Source of the DNA: Bugula neritina
Taxonomy: Eukaryota > Animalia > Bryozoa
Direction of reading: 5' to 3'
Length of the DNA: 64,000 bases
NCBI GenBank assembly: GCA_964035545.1
Contig: OZ037772.1
Span: 4,218,033-4,282,032, forward strand
How positions within the stretch are numbered: position 1 is the first letter of the stretch; the number at the start of each line of letters is the position of its first letter. Both the position numbers and the translations under genes were made by a program. Shown piece by piece: positions 63,501 through 64,000 of the stretch. The notes below the pieces were generated by a model. That model saw nothing but the letters and a program-made list of their open reading frames with translations, made no database searches and was not told the origin of the DNA.

Positions 63501-63584
63501 TGAGAGATGATCAAGATCAAATTGGTTAGAGCAAAATATATAACAAATGTCTAAAAATAGTGCTTTATTATGAAAAAGTATTCT

Positions 63585-63955
63585 CGCCATCATTGTCACT
63601 GCTGTCAGTCTCATCAGCTTCTTCCCCAATAGCCCTTCTTTTCAGGCAATCCTTACATTGACAAACATCAGTGCATGCACTGCATTTGAGACTTCTGACA
63701 TCCATATCTTGATATGTTGCAGCCGGTCTTACAGGAGCAGTTTAAACTTTGCAATATACATGTTCATGTGTGGAAGCTTGAATCATCTACTTTATATTTA
63801 TGCTGCCATGATTCTCAACAATCCTTCTATGATGTTCTGGGGGTGGTGCATCAATATAAGCTGTTGTCACCCTTCTCCAAATGGCTGCCTGATAATTTGC
63901 TTTTTTTACTTGCAAATTTAATTCATCTTTTGTTGGAGGCAAGCTGTATTAAGTT
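63585..63955 (-). mobile_element. Decayed C-terminus of a DNA-transposon protein (LPPT..ANYQA.IW plus CXC-like Cys cluster; Academ-like)
   Basis: The minus strand reads SLPPTKDELNLQVKKANYQAAIWRR..DAPPPEHH, then (stop/frameshift) CSCKTGC..CQK..QC..CQCKDC and an acidic tail. Family assignment is from recalled motif similarity only. Confidence 0.55.
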
Positions 63956-64000
63956 GTTTTAGACGGTGAACAAAATACAGTGTATCGAACATTATCTATA

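Noticed and set aside
57700-63580. Possible genes in the AT-rich distal region
   Set aside because: No convincing exon chain or motif apart from the gag relic and a short MITE; probably old TE debris that I cannot classify by eye.

Overview
AT-rich animal (invertebrate-like) nuclear DNA with spliced genes, and a patchwork of duplicated, decaying gene fragments and transposons. One apparently intact host gene is present: a 7-coding-exon, ~620-aa TRIM-type RING/B-box/B-box/coiled-coil/beta-propeller E3 ligase (+, 24018-31447). An orphan inverted copy of its last exon lies ~3.5 kb downstream. A full-length Ty3/Gypsy LTR retrotransposon (-, 13493-21070) has 273-bp LTRs, an ATAT target-site duplication (TSD), a tRNA-Leu primer-binding site and a defective gag-pol. 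It carries an extra 3' ORF with C2H2 zinc fingers and, across one frameshift, a PxVxL motif, a basic NLS-like patch and a coiled coil; this is the most interesting element here. A ~10-kb direct segmental duplication (~547-10780 vs ~49157-57700) holds two pseudogenised copies of a short-helix fibrillar (COLFI) collagen; copy A is preceded by Cys-rich exons. Also present are a truncated, internally deleted valyl-tRNA synthetase pseudogene (-, 41291-47524), a one-ended PIF/Harbinger-like element with a spliced MADF gene, LINE 3' fragments, several MITE families, a 135-bp near-perfect palindrome, and many 11-36-bp minisatellites that often abut splice sites. Everything was read by eye; repeat boundaries are approximate and no database searches were run.
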